Of a DNA stretch of 38,770 nt, positions 22,957 to 34,510 are shown piece after piece. This DNA comes from Octopus bimaculoides (lineage: Eukaryota). The DNA is taken from the NCBI RefSeq assembly GCF_001194135.2, contig NC_069007.1:7763403-7802172 (forward strand), given 5' to 3'. The position numbers and the translations under genes were made by a program. The notes beneath the pieces are model-generated. The model saw only the letters and a program-made list of their open reading frames with translations. It was not told the DNA's origin and ran no database searches. Each line of letters begins with the position of its first letter. Position 1 is the stretch's first letter.

Positions 22957-25347
22957 TCTCTTGCCACAAATCTCAATTAAAACCTGCTTATGGAACAAAT
23001 AACGCGAATTCATCGCTTATATTGATCCAAGTAAAGGGATCTTGAAATATATTTTTAATTGATCTTTTTAATTTGTATATCGAACGATTCCTTTTTTTTT
23101 TTTCCTTATTTTTCTAGTTGATGATTTGCAAATGTTTGATTTTATTACAACACGTGTTATCCACTCTTAATTATCGATTGTCTGCGTACGATCGAATTTT
23201 TGTTCCTCAAATTGTCCTTTTAAACATACAGGCGCAGTCCTGGTTGTGTGGTAAGTTTGATTTCCAACCACGTGGTCTTGGGTTCAGTCCTGCTGTGTGG
23301 TACCGCTACCTTGAGCATCTTCCACGGAAACGGTGGGGCGGAGGTAAAGAATACGTACACCACCCGATTTCGGCGTAACAAAGACCCTAAACGCCTGGTG
23401 TACATATTCTTTACTTTCGCCACGGTGTGGATGTTAGTGTTTACTCTCCCCATCCAACTTGATAACGGTGTTGGTTTGTTTACGATCCCTTTCATAGCGG
23501 TTCGGCAGGAAGTGACCGATAAAATAAGTGCCGAGATTATATATATAAAAAAAAAGCACTCGTGTTAATTCGGTCAAGCGCTGCCCCCAGCTTGGTCACC
23601 GTATTGGTATTAAATTCGCAAAAAAAAATCTGAAAATATCCGGAATATGTAATAGTTATGGGCAGATTAACGCCTTTCTCTCTATATATATCTTTGTGTG
23701 TGTGTTTGCATGTACGTCATCGATTTTTCGGAATCATCCGGAACTTGTAATCCGCACAAATGTGGAAATGTCCGAGAGTTGTGAAAAAGAAAGAAAGTTC
23801 ACTAGGCCAACGTAAATTGGGTTGGCGTTGCAACACTACACCCTATGTTTGTAAATAAAAGCTTGTTAATGCTGTTAATTTAGATCAAGGTTGATTTGTG
23901 TGTTGTGTGACTTCAGCCCAGGTTTTTTTTTACAAGATCAAAAATATTCCAGCTGTCCTAATCCTGTATTCAGACTACGAGTATTGGGCTGCAGTGACCA
24001 TAGAAGCTCACTATGCTGATGATTGTAAAAGTTATTTAAATTTCGAATGGTCTTTGTGGTGAGTAGCTGGCCGTTTTAGTAGTAATCACACGGTAAAGTG
24101 ATTGATTTTAGAAAGGGCCGCCAACATGGTGTGGCAACTCGTCTGATGGAAAATAAAACGTCAAGTGGATCACATTTCTATGAAGCTCTATTTGGTCACT
24201 TGACTTATTGTATTCCCATCGTAATTATCTAAGGAACATATTTGGATTTACCTTGTCCTAGATAAGTTTATAAAATATAGCCAAGAGAGAATACTTTGTT
24301 GGTCTGTATGAAACTTATGGTTGGCTCACAGGGTACAGAACCAGAAATGGAGCTTTTCTGCAATAGATAGTGTATTCATTAGTTCTAATGTTGAGTGCTG
24401 GTGGATTACAGATTTCTGTTAACACAGCAGCAGATGAAGAGTAGAGTATATAGTAAATGTGGGGAATATCTGAAAGTAGAGGCGATGTATTAATTATTGC
24501 CCTGGCTTTCTACTTTATACACGAGTAATTATTTCATCAAAGAGAATGTGTCAAAGTCTAGTTACATTCATGTAATAATGGGTGAAGTCCATTCCAACGT
24601 GGTCACTGTTCTTAGTCATTGGGTGTGAAGACTTGTGCTGGAAATCATTCTGGTTTGAAAAGTGGAAGGAGATGGTGGGATAAGGCAGCCCTGTATACAC
24701 TATTAGTGTTGTAGGGAGAAAAAAAGTGGAGCCATGGGGGCATTTCAAGACTAAACATAAAACCAACCATGGTGGCAGCAAGGAATGGTATTTGATCAAT
24801 GAACTGGATTGATTGATCTTGTGGTTGAGGGTTGATGGCAGACTCAGTTACTCCTCCTCTCCATGCACTGGTTTCATATTGCAGTGTCCTACATCCAGTC
24901 CATGATCTCACTCAATCTTTGTCTAACATGGCCAAGATACAGCACTTTTCCCAAGTGCAGTTAAGAAGCTTGCTTTCCAACCGCATGGACTTGGGTTCAG
25001 TCTCACTGCATGGTGTCTTGCAAAAGTGTCTTCCTCGGACTGACCAAAGCCATATGAGTGGATTTGGTTGATGGAAACTGATAGAAGCCTGTGTGTATGT
25101 CTGTCCCTCCACCACTGTGTGTTTGTATTCCCCATAACTAAGTTTGGCAAAAAAAAAAAACAAGGAATAATTACCAGGTTTACAAGATAAAGCATTGGGG
25201 TTGCTGTCTCAATTGAAGCTGTTGTATTAGTTTGTATCTGCTACAGCTTGGGAAAATTTATGTTAATTATTTAAACTTGCATTTCTGTGCTTTTTTTCTT
25301 TTTTTTTCTTTGCCCTTTATTAATGCAAATCTCGTTTTATTTTCCAG

Positions 25348-25428
25348 GGTTACAGAGGTCGAAGAAAGCATATTAAGCGTTTAGCCGCGCCTAAGCATTG
25401 GATGCTGGCAAAGCTCGGTGGTGTTTTT
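25348..25428 (+). CDS. RPS4: RPS4 exon 2
   Basis: TTTCCAG| ... TTT|GTAAGT; [27 protein letters not shown]. Confidence 0.95.
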
Positions 25429-28217
25429 GTAAGTTTTGTCATTTTGTTTATTTTCGAAAAATAAGAAATCCACTTTGCAACCACCGGGTATTATTATAAG
25501 TTCAATGTGTGACGGCTTTGGCAAGTGTTGGTCAGACAAGCAGTTTCATTTGGAAAGATGTCTTGACTATGGGGAAAACATCACTTTGCTTGAAAATGGG
25601 TGAGAAGTAGTCTGACCCATAGATGTTGAACTGGTGGTGATGTATGTTTATTTAGATGCAGATCTTTGTACAAGTTGAGAGATGGGTGTGTTTATAGTCT
25701 CACGGATGCATTAACACTAACTTTTTTTTTTTGTCAGTGTTTTTGCTTCCACCTAGAATTCAAAGGAAATTACTACCATTCCCTTCACACTTTGCTTTTC
25801 GGACCTGGGCATCAATGTTTTAGAACTGATCTGTTTTCCATTGCATTTCAAACAGATTCAGTACTGAGTTCCCAAAGCAGAAATATCGTTATAGCAAATA
25901 TTCTGCTCAGTACAACAGATTTGCTTCTCGGTTGCTTGACTGTAACAACTTCAGCATGTCCCTTAGTGGCTGAAGATATCTGCATCTCTGATGAGCAGCA
26001 GAAGTGGGGATGCATCATAGCCAATTGTTAAGAGGGATTCTTTTGGGGGTTTGAACAAGTGTAAGAAAAAACAGTTTTGGTGAATTAGTTGAAATTGTGC
26101 TTGCAAAGTTTACTGCTCCATGTATCTGAATGACCGCTAATGAATTAACTTTTTATTTTTTTTCAATCAAAGCCAGGCATTTTAAGGTTTGCAAATTAGT
26201 ATAAATGAGCGAGTTAGCCCTTTAGCATTTAAATTGGCCATATTCGACCAAACCATTCCATTTACTTGATGTTCAAACTGGCCAGATCCAGCCTATCTCA
26301 CCTGTCCTAAAGTGTTGTTCTAAAAACAGTCACATCATTGAAATCTCAATCATCATCATCGTTTAACGTCCGCTTTCCATGCTAGCATGGGTTNNNNNNN
26401 NNNNNNNNNNNNNNNNNNNNNNNNNNNNNNNNNNNNNNNNNNNNNNNNNNNNNNNNNNNNNNNNNNNNNNNNNNNNNNNNNNNNNNNNNNNNNNNNNNNN
26501 NNNNNNNNNNNNNNNNNNNNNNNNNNNNNNNNNNNNNNNNNNNNNNNNNNNNNNNNNNNNNNNNNNNNNNNNNNNNNNNNNNNNNNNNNNNNNNNNNNNN
26601 NNNNNNNNNNNNNNNNNNNNNNNNNNNNNNNNNNNNNNNNNNNNNNNNNNNNNNNNNNNNNNNNNNNNNNNNNNNNNNNNNNNNNNNNNNNNNNNNNNNN
26701 NNNNNNNNNNNNNNNNNNNNNNNNNNNNNNNNNNNNNNNNNNNNNNNNNNNNNNNNNNNNNNNNNNNNNNNNNNNNNNNNNNNNNNNNNNNNNNNNNNNN
26801 NNNNNNNNNNNNNNNNNNNNNNNNNNNNNNNNNNNNNNNNNNNNNNNNNNNNNNNNNNNNNNNNNNNNNNNNNNNNNNNNNNNNNNNNNNNNNNNNNNNN
26901 NNNNNNNNNNNNNNNNNNNNNNNNNNNNNNNNNNNNNNNNNNNNNNNNNNNNNNNNNNNNNNNNNNNNNNNNNNNNNNNNNNNNNNNNNNNNNNNNNNNN
27001 NNNNNNNNNNNNNNNNNNNNNNNNNNNNNNNNNNCATGCTAGCATGGAAAGCGGACGTTAAACGATGATGATGATGAATTACCACTTGATTAGGCTTCAA
27101 GGATTTATCAGCCGTTAAGCTTTTGCATATGTGGCCTTTGCATAGCTTAGGTTCCATGTATCTTGTTTTGGGATTATTAGGTGCATACATGGTTGTCTGT
27201 TTACTGGGTCCTTTTTACATGGCTGTGTGTTTAAGAAGTATCCTTCTCAATCACAGTTTTGAGTTCAATCACTAGTGGCATTTTGGGCAAGTGAATTTGG
27301 TAGTAGGAAACTAAGTGAAGCATGAATACGTTTTTGTTCTCCTTGTCTAGACATCATGTGATTGTTGTAAATTAATATGATTCATTTCTGAAGTTTTGCA
27401 AAAATGTCTGGCCATGGGGAAGTATTTCCTTGCTTGGAAATGTGAGGGTTGGCAACATAAAGGCCATCTAGTCATAGGACGTCTACCTCATTAAACACCA
27501 TCCAATCTATGCTAGCATGGGGAAAGTCGATGTTAAAATGATTCTGATTAATCAAGAATTTGGAAGATATTTAGTAAAATTGGGTTGGTGTTTTGAATAG
27601 AATTTCAGAAGGGTTTTGGTGAAGGCTGATTTTGAATTTAATAATATTATCCTTTTGACATTCAGATTATTTTGTTTGTTTATTTTTGAGTGTTTTGGAA
27701 ATTTTGTAAAATAACTCTGGGGTAGGTGAGGGTCCAGGACTGGCCAGTGTTGGGATATAAGGTAGAATATTTGGGCTGGATGTGACTAGTTTGAATTTAT
27801 AACTTTTTTTGTCTTTGATTAATGGCAAGAGAGTAAGAAGTCCTTTCATTAATTATTTTGTGCATTGGGTGTTTAGAAAATATTAGCTTGTGGATATTTA
27901 CTGGATTATTGGGATTTGGTAGGGGGTAGATAAGGGGTGTTGGGAAGTATCCCCTTTTTTCTGCTTTCCCTGCTGGTATAGGTTGGACAGTTTGACTGAA
28001 AACTGGTATGCTGGTGAGCGGCACCTTGTTCCAATCTGATTTGGCATGGTTTCTACAGTTGGATGCCCTTCCTAATGCCAGCCACTCCATGAGTATAGTG
28101 TGTGCTTAAGACACTTAAGATTCATTTTGGGAGTTTAGGACTTAACCTGTTTTATTCTTGTTGTGAGTTGCTGGTATTTTTACAATTACCCTTTTATTTT
28201 TTCTTTCCTTCTTTCAG

Positions 28218-28398
28218 GCACCCCGACCCAGCACAGGACCCCACAAGGTGAGGGAATGTCTGCCGTTGATAATTTTCCTTAGAAATCGTCTGAAGTATGC
28301 ACTCACCTCTGATGAGGTGAAGAAGATTGTGAAGCAGAGGTTGATAAGAGTTGATGGACAAGTGAGAACAGATCCCACGTACCCAGCTGGTTTCATGG
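28218..28398 (+). CDS. RPS4: RPS4 exon 3
   Basis: CTTTCAG| ... G|GTGAGT; [60 protein letters not shown](D). Confidence 0.97.
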
Positions 28399-29102
28399 GT
28401 GAGTCCTGACACCCTTGTTTTGTTATTCTTCACTGAGGAAGGGACCTACAATTGAAGAACATTCTTGTTTCTTTAGTTTCATTAAAGTAAGTGGGGTGCT
28501 GGAAAATTACTGGCTTTATGGATATTGTGGGGAGTGCTATGGTCATCTCGGACCAGTTCTCCCTTTTGGTCTCTGAGGAAGAGCTTTTCTGAGCCATTGC
28601 ACTGGTTTGTGGTTTCCGCTCTATCATTGTTGTTGTTACTTGTACTCATTCATTGCTTTGCTCACGGGAAAGGCTCTCATTGTTTACATTTTTGAACTAG
28701 CTGCTATTAAACAAAATTAATTGACCTGTCCTCCAAAACTGGGGAGCAAAACAGGAAAATAAACTCACCACTCAACAGCAAATGACTTGTTGTCCATGAT
28801 GGTATCAACTTAAAGGGTGCAAATACACTATTTTCTGTTTTTTCCATATAAAATCTACAGGGTGAGGCTGACAGGATCAACAAAGAATTTGTCCCAAGAA
28901 AAAGAATACCTGTATCCTGTATGTTTTTTGCATGCAGAATTCAAAACTAATGTCAGATTATCTGTACCACCCACAGTTTCTTGGTTTCACATTATCCCTC
29001 TCAATTTCAGTAGAGTTTGAGACATATTCCTAATTTAAATGTTTATGAATAGAATTAACCTAATGAAAGCATAAATCTAGCTGAGTCACCAAAGCTAGGC
29101 AA

Positions 29103-29852
29103 CACTGAATCAAGATGTTTTGTCTACTGTGCTAAGTGCAGGTGTACTAAGTTCACATATTCCATTCACCTTCATAATACCAAGAAACTGTATAAACAAA
29201 TTTTGCTATATTTGGGGTGACTTAACATTCAAGTCACAAAAATGGCATTTCACGCCATTGATTAATAAGTGCTATGAGCATTATTTTGACTGCAAAGTGG
29301 GTGAACAAGATAAAAGCTGGGCTCGTCGGGCTTCTCACTCTATGGGCCAAAGGTTTATACCTTTTGCCATCCCTATGATTTGGAGAGAGCCCAAAGATCA
29401 CACTTCAGATTGCTATTTCTGTATGACGAATATACAAGGTATAACCTCAAAATCCAAGCGTACTGTAAAATATCTTAATATACAATCTGCTATGAGACTA
29501 GTAACCCTCCAAAACAAATGACACTTCGTGATGACGAGTCAAGTGAAGATGTGGAGAAAGAAACAGAAGACTTTGTGCCAAACTGTTCATCAAGTGAACC
29601 ACATTTGTTGAGTCTTGGGGATTTAAACTTGTCAGAAAAGCAAGCTGAACTTCTGGGTTCCTAGTTAAAGGGCTGGAATCTTGTCCAAAAAGAGACCAAA
29701 GTTAGTTTTCATTGTGATTTCGCAATTTTTTTTTTTCTCGTTTGAGGATGGTGTGGTGTTTTTTTTTTGATGAGGTGTATTCTGTTGTGGAGTAACTTAA
29801 CCACAAAGTTTAGAAGACATAATTCAATTTTTCATACAAAAGTAATTTAGTG
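29103..29852 (+). mobile_element. Decayed DNA transposon 5' part, Chapaev-like (CMC group) transposase N-terminus, in RPS4 intron 3
   Basis: Reads (I)PRNC..FCYIWG..YFDCKVGEQDKSWA..PFAIPMIWREPKDHTSDCYFC.. then EPHLL..LNLSEKQAELLGS*LKGWNL, with stops and deletions. Begins CAC. Family assignment is recalled; no TSD found. Confidence 0.6.
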
Positions 29853-29974
29853 GGTGTTACATTCCAAAACCTTCCACAGAAATAATTAAAATCTAAAAAA
29901 TTTAAATACCTATTAGCTGCAGAAATCCATGATATACTGAGGAGTCTGTGGTATAGATTTACAAATATTAGCCA

Positions 29975-30006
29975 GAAAAATCCGTGATATGGCGAGGGAT
30001 TACTGT
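29975..30006 (-). mobile_element. Single Tigger/pogo-like terminal repeat remnant
   Basis: Reverse complement TACAGTAATCCCTCGCCATATCACGG; the partner end was not found. Confidence 0.4.
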
Positions 30007-30500
30007 ATAACCGATTTATTGTACATTAGTTTTGGCAGCAAAATCTTAGATAAACTCCAAAGGGGCATATGGACCCTGGTTGAGAACTGCTTTTCTGCTT
30101 TTTCTATGTAGTCCCGAAACTGAGAGAGCTTTCTCTCAAGTTGTTGCGGTGTTAATGGTAATGGTTTGTCTCTGGCATACATCGAAGCCAACAGTTGAAT
30201 TACTAACCAGTTGGTCATAATATGCCAATATCAAAATCTTTTACACGGTCACTATTTGTACCTTTTATGGTCCTGTAGTATCACCAAGTATTAGGACATG
30301 CCTCTGGACGTTTTTACCATCTCTGAAGGGTTTGTGCTTTTGGGTACATATGTCAATAGTTATTGAAAGTGTATGGAAGTGTCATGCTGTCTTTTTCTTG
30401 ACTTTTTTGGTTACTCTCCTTATCTTTTATAGGTTTCAGCCAGAGGCCGAGGCCATGCTAGTGCACCTTATTTGTTTCATATATCTTCTCAAAATCATCC

Positions 30501-30531
<31 letters not shown>

Positions 30532-30892
30532 TTGGGTATGGAAACCTTTTCTTGTTACTCTCTTCTTTTGTCTGTTCATGTTCGTCTATTACTTGCACTT
30601 TGGTAGCTTGTGTTGCTCACTGCTGAATTGATCATCAGGTGTCAAAATCGTGATGATGTTTGGTCACCAGCAGATGAAAGGGTTTTGTGGTTTGTCCATG
30701 TTCTTTTGTTCCCTATTAACATGTTTTTAATCATATTGGGATGGTGGAATTGCTAACATGCTGGACAGTGCTTAGTGGCATTTCTTTACGCTGTATGTTT
30801 TGCGTTCTATAGTTTCAAGCTGAATTTGGTAGACAAAGTGAAAGAAGCCAGTCATATAGATATAGATGGATAATTCCTGTGTTTCTTTTCAG

Positions 30893-30990
30893 ATGTTATC
30901 ACTATTGAAAAGACCGATGAATATTTCCGTTTGATTTATGATGCAAAAGGAAGGTTTATTGTGCACCGTATTAAAGCTGATGAAGCAAAG
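30893..30990 (+). CDS. RPS4: RPS4 exon 4
   Basis: CTTTTCAG| ... AAG|GTAAGT; (D)[32 protein letters not shown]. Confidence 0.97.
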
Positions 30991-32270
30991 GTAAGTGGAA
31001 TGGTTGTCTGGTTTCTAAAGGCATTTTTTTTTTCTTCTCTTTCTTTTTCAAAGCTATTATGTGAAATGTTTTGGTTATACTAGACACATGTAGGTTCTTT
31101 CTGTACATGTGCTGTACTTCCCTAATAAAGTAATCTCCTATTTAAAGAAGCTTTTCAGCTGATAGTAATATTTGAAGTCAAGTTATAAAAGAAAAATCTA
31201 TCACTGAAATGTTCTTAACTTCTGTCCATTTTTCTGTGCTTGCATGAGTTGGACAAGATTTGCTGGTGAGGCGACTTTCTGGTGACACATGTTGTCCATT
31301 TCTCACCAAGGTTATGTTTCCCCTTGTTTCTTGAAAGATTAAAAGTGGAGGATACCTCCTCCTATCTGATTGTGGTACCCTTTTACAACTTGGTGTGTGG
31401 TGTTGAAACAAGGTGGCACAAACAATCATAATCTCCATGCATGGACACAGTGGGCTTCTCTTGGTTTCCATCTACCAAATCTGCTCAAGACTGGCCTGAG
31501 GTTGTAGTAGACACTTGCCCAAGGTGTCGTACAGTGGGGCTGAATCCAAGAGTTTATGGTTGGGAAGCAAGCTTCTTACCACATAGCCATACCATCATTA
31601 GGTAAGAATTCTTTAAACCAGCCATATCTGGCTCAAGTATTCTACCTGTTTTCTCTTAACACTGGCCAGCTTTGATCTTTCTCACCTACTCTAAATTAAC
31701 ATTCTAAAAATAATCACATTATTGCAATCTCAAAGCTGTCTGATAATGCATGATGAATTGAAGACATTGCAGGGTATGTGTAAAAGGCCGAATCTTGCCA
31801 ATTTGAAAACAAAACGAGTACAATATTTTGGCCGGATATGTCCAGTTAATCTGAAAAGCATCAGGATGAATTCCAGATGTGATTGACTATTATTTGCATA
31901 AAATATTATGATTTTTGGGGCCTTTCTATTCATGTTCTCTGACAAGTGTTCGGTAAATATAATATCCACCCCTGTTAGTAAATGTATACTAACCCATTGA
32001 TTCTCATTCTGACAGTCCAAAATCACAACTTGTCGTTAGTGATGAAAATTAACCAAAGACAACTGCAGCCTTTCATTTCAAACTTTTCAAGGGTTTTGCA
32101 ACCTTTCTGTCCATGTTTTGTGATAATTTTTTTACATCACTCAAACCCTTGGAAGAAGTGTCCAGAATCAATGAAAGGGATATTTTTATCTGATGTATAT
32201 TCATAAACATGATATTACCAATTACTGTGTGTTGTGCAGTTGAACTTAACCTTTCTCTTTTCGTCTTTAG

Positions 32271-32442
32271 TATAAACTGTGCCGTGTAAAGAAAGTGCAA
32301 ACTGGTATAAAGGGAATTCCATTCCTAGTAACACATGACGGTCGTACAATCCGCTACCCTGATCCACTCATCAAAGTCAGTGACAGTGTTTTGTTAGATA
32401 TTGCTACTAGCAAGATCAAAGAGTTTATCAAATTTGACTCGG
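32271..32442 (+). CDS. RPS4: RPS4 exon 5
   Basis: TCTTTAG| ... G|GTAAGT; [57 protein letters not shown](G). Confidence 0.97.
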
Positions 32443-32507
32443 GTAAGTTAACTGTCTTGTTTTCTGTAATCGTTATCTTTGATAAGTTCTCCACTTGTCA
32501 ATCACAG

Positions 32508-32533
32508 GCTCAGTCTTTGCGCTGGCCGGACAG
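32508..32533 (+). other. Candidate 26-nt poison microexon / alternative donor in RPS4 intron 5
   Basis: CACTTGTCAATCACAG|GCTCAGTCTTTGCGCTGGCCGGACAG|GTATGT. Inclusion frameshifts to a PTC in exon 6. The flanks pair as an 8-bp stem. Confidence 0.45.
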
Positions 32534-34327
32534 GTATGTGATTGCTAGTAGTGTGTGCAAAGTTTTACTTCTCCTTTTCCATACGAGCAGTATTTCACCA
32601 TTACTAGGCATGGTGGAATATCAGAAACTGGAAATTATATATACATGTGTATATTATGAGCTTCTTTTAGTTTCCATTTACAAAGTCCACTAAAGAAATT
32701 GGTTGGTCAGGGGTTGTTCTAGAAAACACTTGCCCAAGGTGGCTTGCAATAGGACTGGACCCCAGAGTGCACTGGGTGCTTTTATTTATTTATTTTTTTC
32801 AAAACGATACTGGCACTATAGGTGTTGCCAGGTAGCTTGCAAGCCAAAGGCCTCTTAGTTGCGGGAAGTGGCTGTGAGCCAGGTGAGAGAGTATCATCAT
32901 CATCGTTTAACGGCTGCTTTCCATGCTAGCATGGATGTCCTTCCTAACACCAACCACTCCAGAAGTGTATTGGGTGCTTTTACGTGCCAGTCATCTTTCT
33001 ATAGAGGTGGTACTTGGCTACCCCAGTAGGACAAGGAATGTGAAGGGGAGAGAGAGAGAAGCAGGTGTTGGGCCTGATGATTAGTACAGATGGGATGTGT
33101 TTGGAGATGGGCAAAGACCTGACTGTAACAAGTTATAGTGAGGAAAACTGGAGGGACTGTGAAGGGCTAAGAAAGAACGAGAGGGCACAGTGTGTGCATG
33201 AGCAAACAGGGGACAGCCATGCAGTGATATCAAACCTGTTTTGTGAAGGTCTTAACATTTGGGTGTGTGCATAGAGGGGCAACAGGCAGGCAATACATTT
33301 CTCCAGATGCTTCCTTCCTATCTAAAATTTCCATTTTGGATTGCCAGTATGTGGAATTTGGCCATTATGCCACTCTGTGGAATTGGCACTTCTCTATCGT
33401 TATTAGTAACTGTTTAATAAATTCAGCTTATGCTACTTTATTGTCTGGAAGAGTCCATTTCATTAATCCTGTAGCTGTTTCATGTGATAGTTGTAAGCAG
33501 TTATCGCTGCTCTACAAACTATCCTGTTTTCTATCTTCCATGGAAACATTTTGGCCTTGTTAAAATGGTACTTTGCTTCGCAAGAACTGAAGGTTACTGA
33601 CAGACAGGGTATCGGGTTGTTGGATATACACTTAACAAATTTGGTCTGACTCGTGGCAGAGTGGACACTTAAATGATGATGAGTCAGTAATAAAGGGCAG
33701 CATATTGTTTCAGACTTTTGTGTTCTCTAGACATGAAGTTTGTTTCTTTCAACTGATATAAGTTATCTTGAATCAACTCTGTTGACCTCTTTGACTTTCA
33801 ATTATGGATAACCTGCTTTTCAAGACACCAACGTATTTGTATGGAATATTTGAAGACTTCAGCTGTCAAAGAACTTGGAAAGAAAAAAAGAATTGTGGTG
33901 TTTGACATTTGAGAGTCAACTAAAGAATTATGTTGGTTTATCCTGATATGATGAAACTCGTTCCATTCACGGCCATCTTGTCTTTTTGGGGATTATTGTT
34001 GATGGAGAATCTAGAAGTGTGTGGCCCCAATAGATATGAATTACCCACTCATGCCTCTTCTGTTTGTTACCAAATAACATCCTATTTTGTGCAATAATCC
34101 CCCTTTTGAGACAACCCTGTGATCATCTAGAGAGGCTACATTTTGCCAAGCTTGGGTGCTGTGTTGTATGGCTGGATGCCAATCCTCACCTGTTTCTGGG
34201 TCGGGTAATATTTCCCCATGGCCACATAGATTTTCACAGAAGACCAGTGAAGTTCGTATGGTACAGTCAAGTGATGCAAAGGCAAGGAAACCTACATGCA
34301 ATGTGTTTTTAGCTTCTTATTTCTTTG

Positions 34328-34510
34328 TTGCCCGCAATGGGCTAAACATAGATGGGACAGACAAAGGAATTAAGTTGATTAGATCGACCAGTGTGTAACT
34401 GGTACTTAATTTATCGACCTCGGTGGAATTTGAACTCAGACTATAACGGCAGATGAAATACCGCTAAGCATTTCACCCGGTGCGCCAACGTTTCTGACAG
34501 CTCGCCGCCT
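34328..34510 (-). mobile_element. SINE family B copy with internal deletion
   Basis: Reverse-complement match to 4624-4856. Confidence 0.75.

Noticed and set aside
25861-25975. Hairpins in RPS4 intron 2, including GTCCCTTAGTGG partly complementary to a recalled 28S segment
   Set aside because: The complementarity is contiguous rather than split by an upper stem, and there is no well-placed H/ACA or C/D box; likely chance.
10779-27190. Long ORFs full of X in the track
   Set aside because: Artefacts of translating N-gaps and adjacent microsatellites.
32295-32693. 132-aa ORF as an alternative RPS4 C-terminus
   Set aside because: Exon 5 read-through into the intron; the extension is not eS4-like. 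Considered only in the poison-exon context.
30650-34040. C-box-like RTGATGA motifs (30650, 32039, 33948) as C/D snoRNAs
   Set aside because: No CTGA D box at a suitable distance with a terminal stem or recognisable guide.
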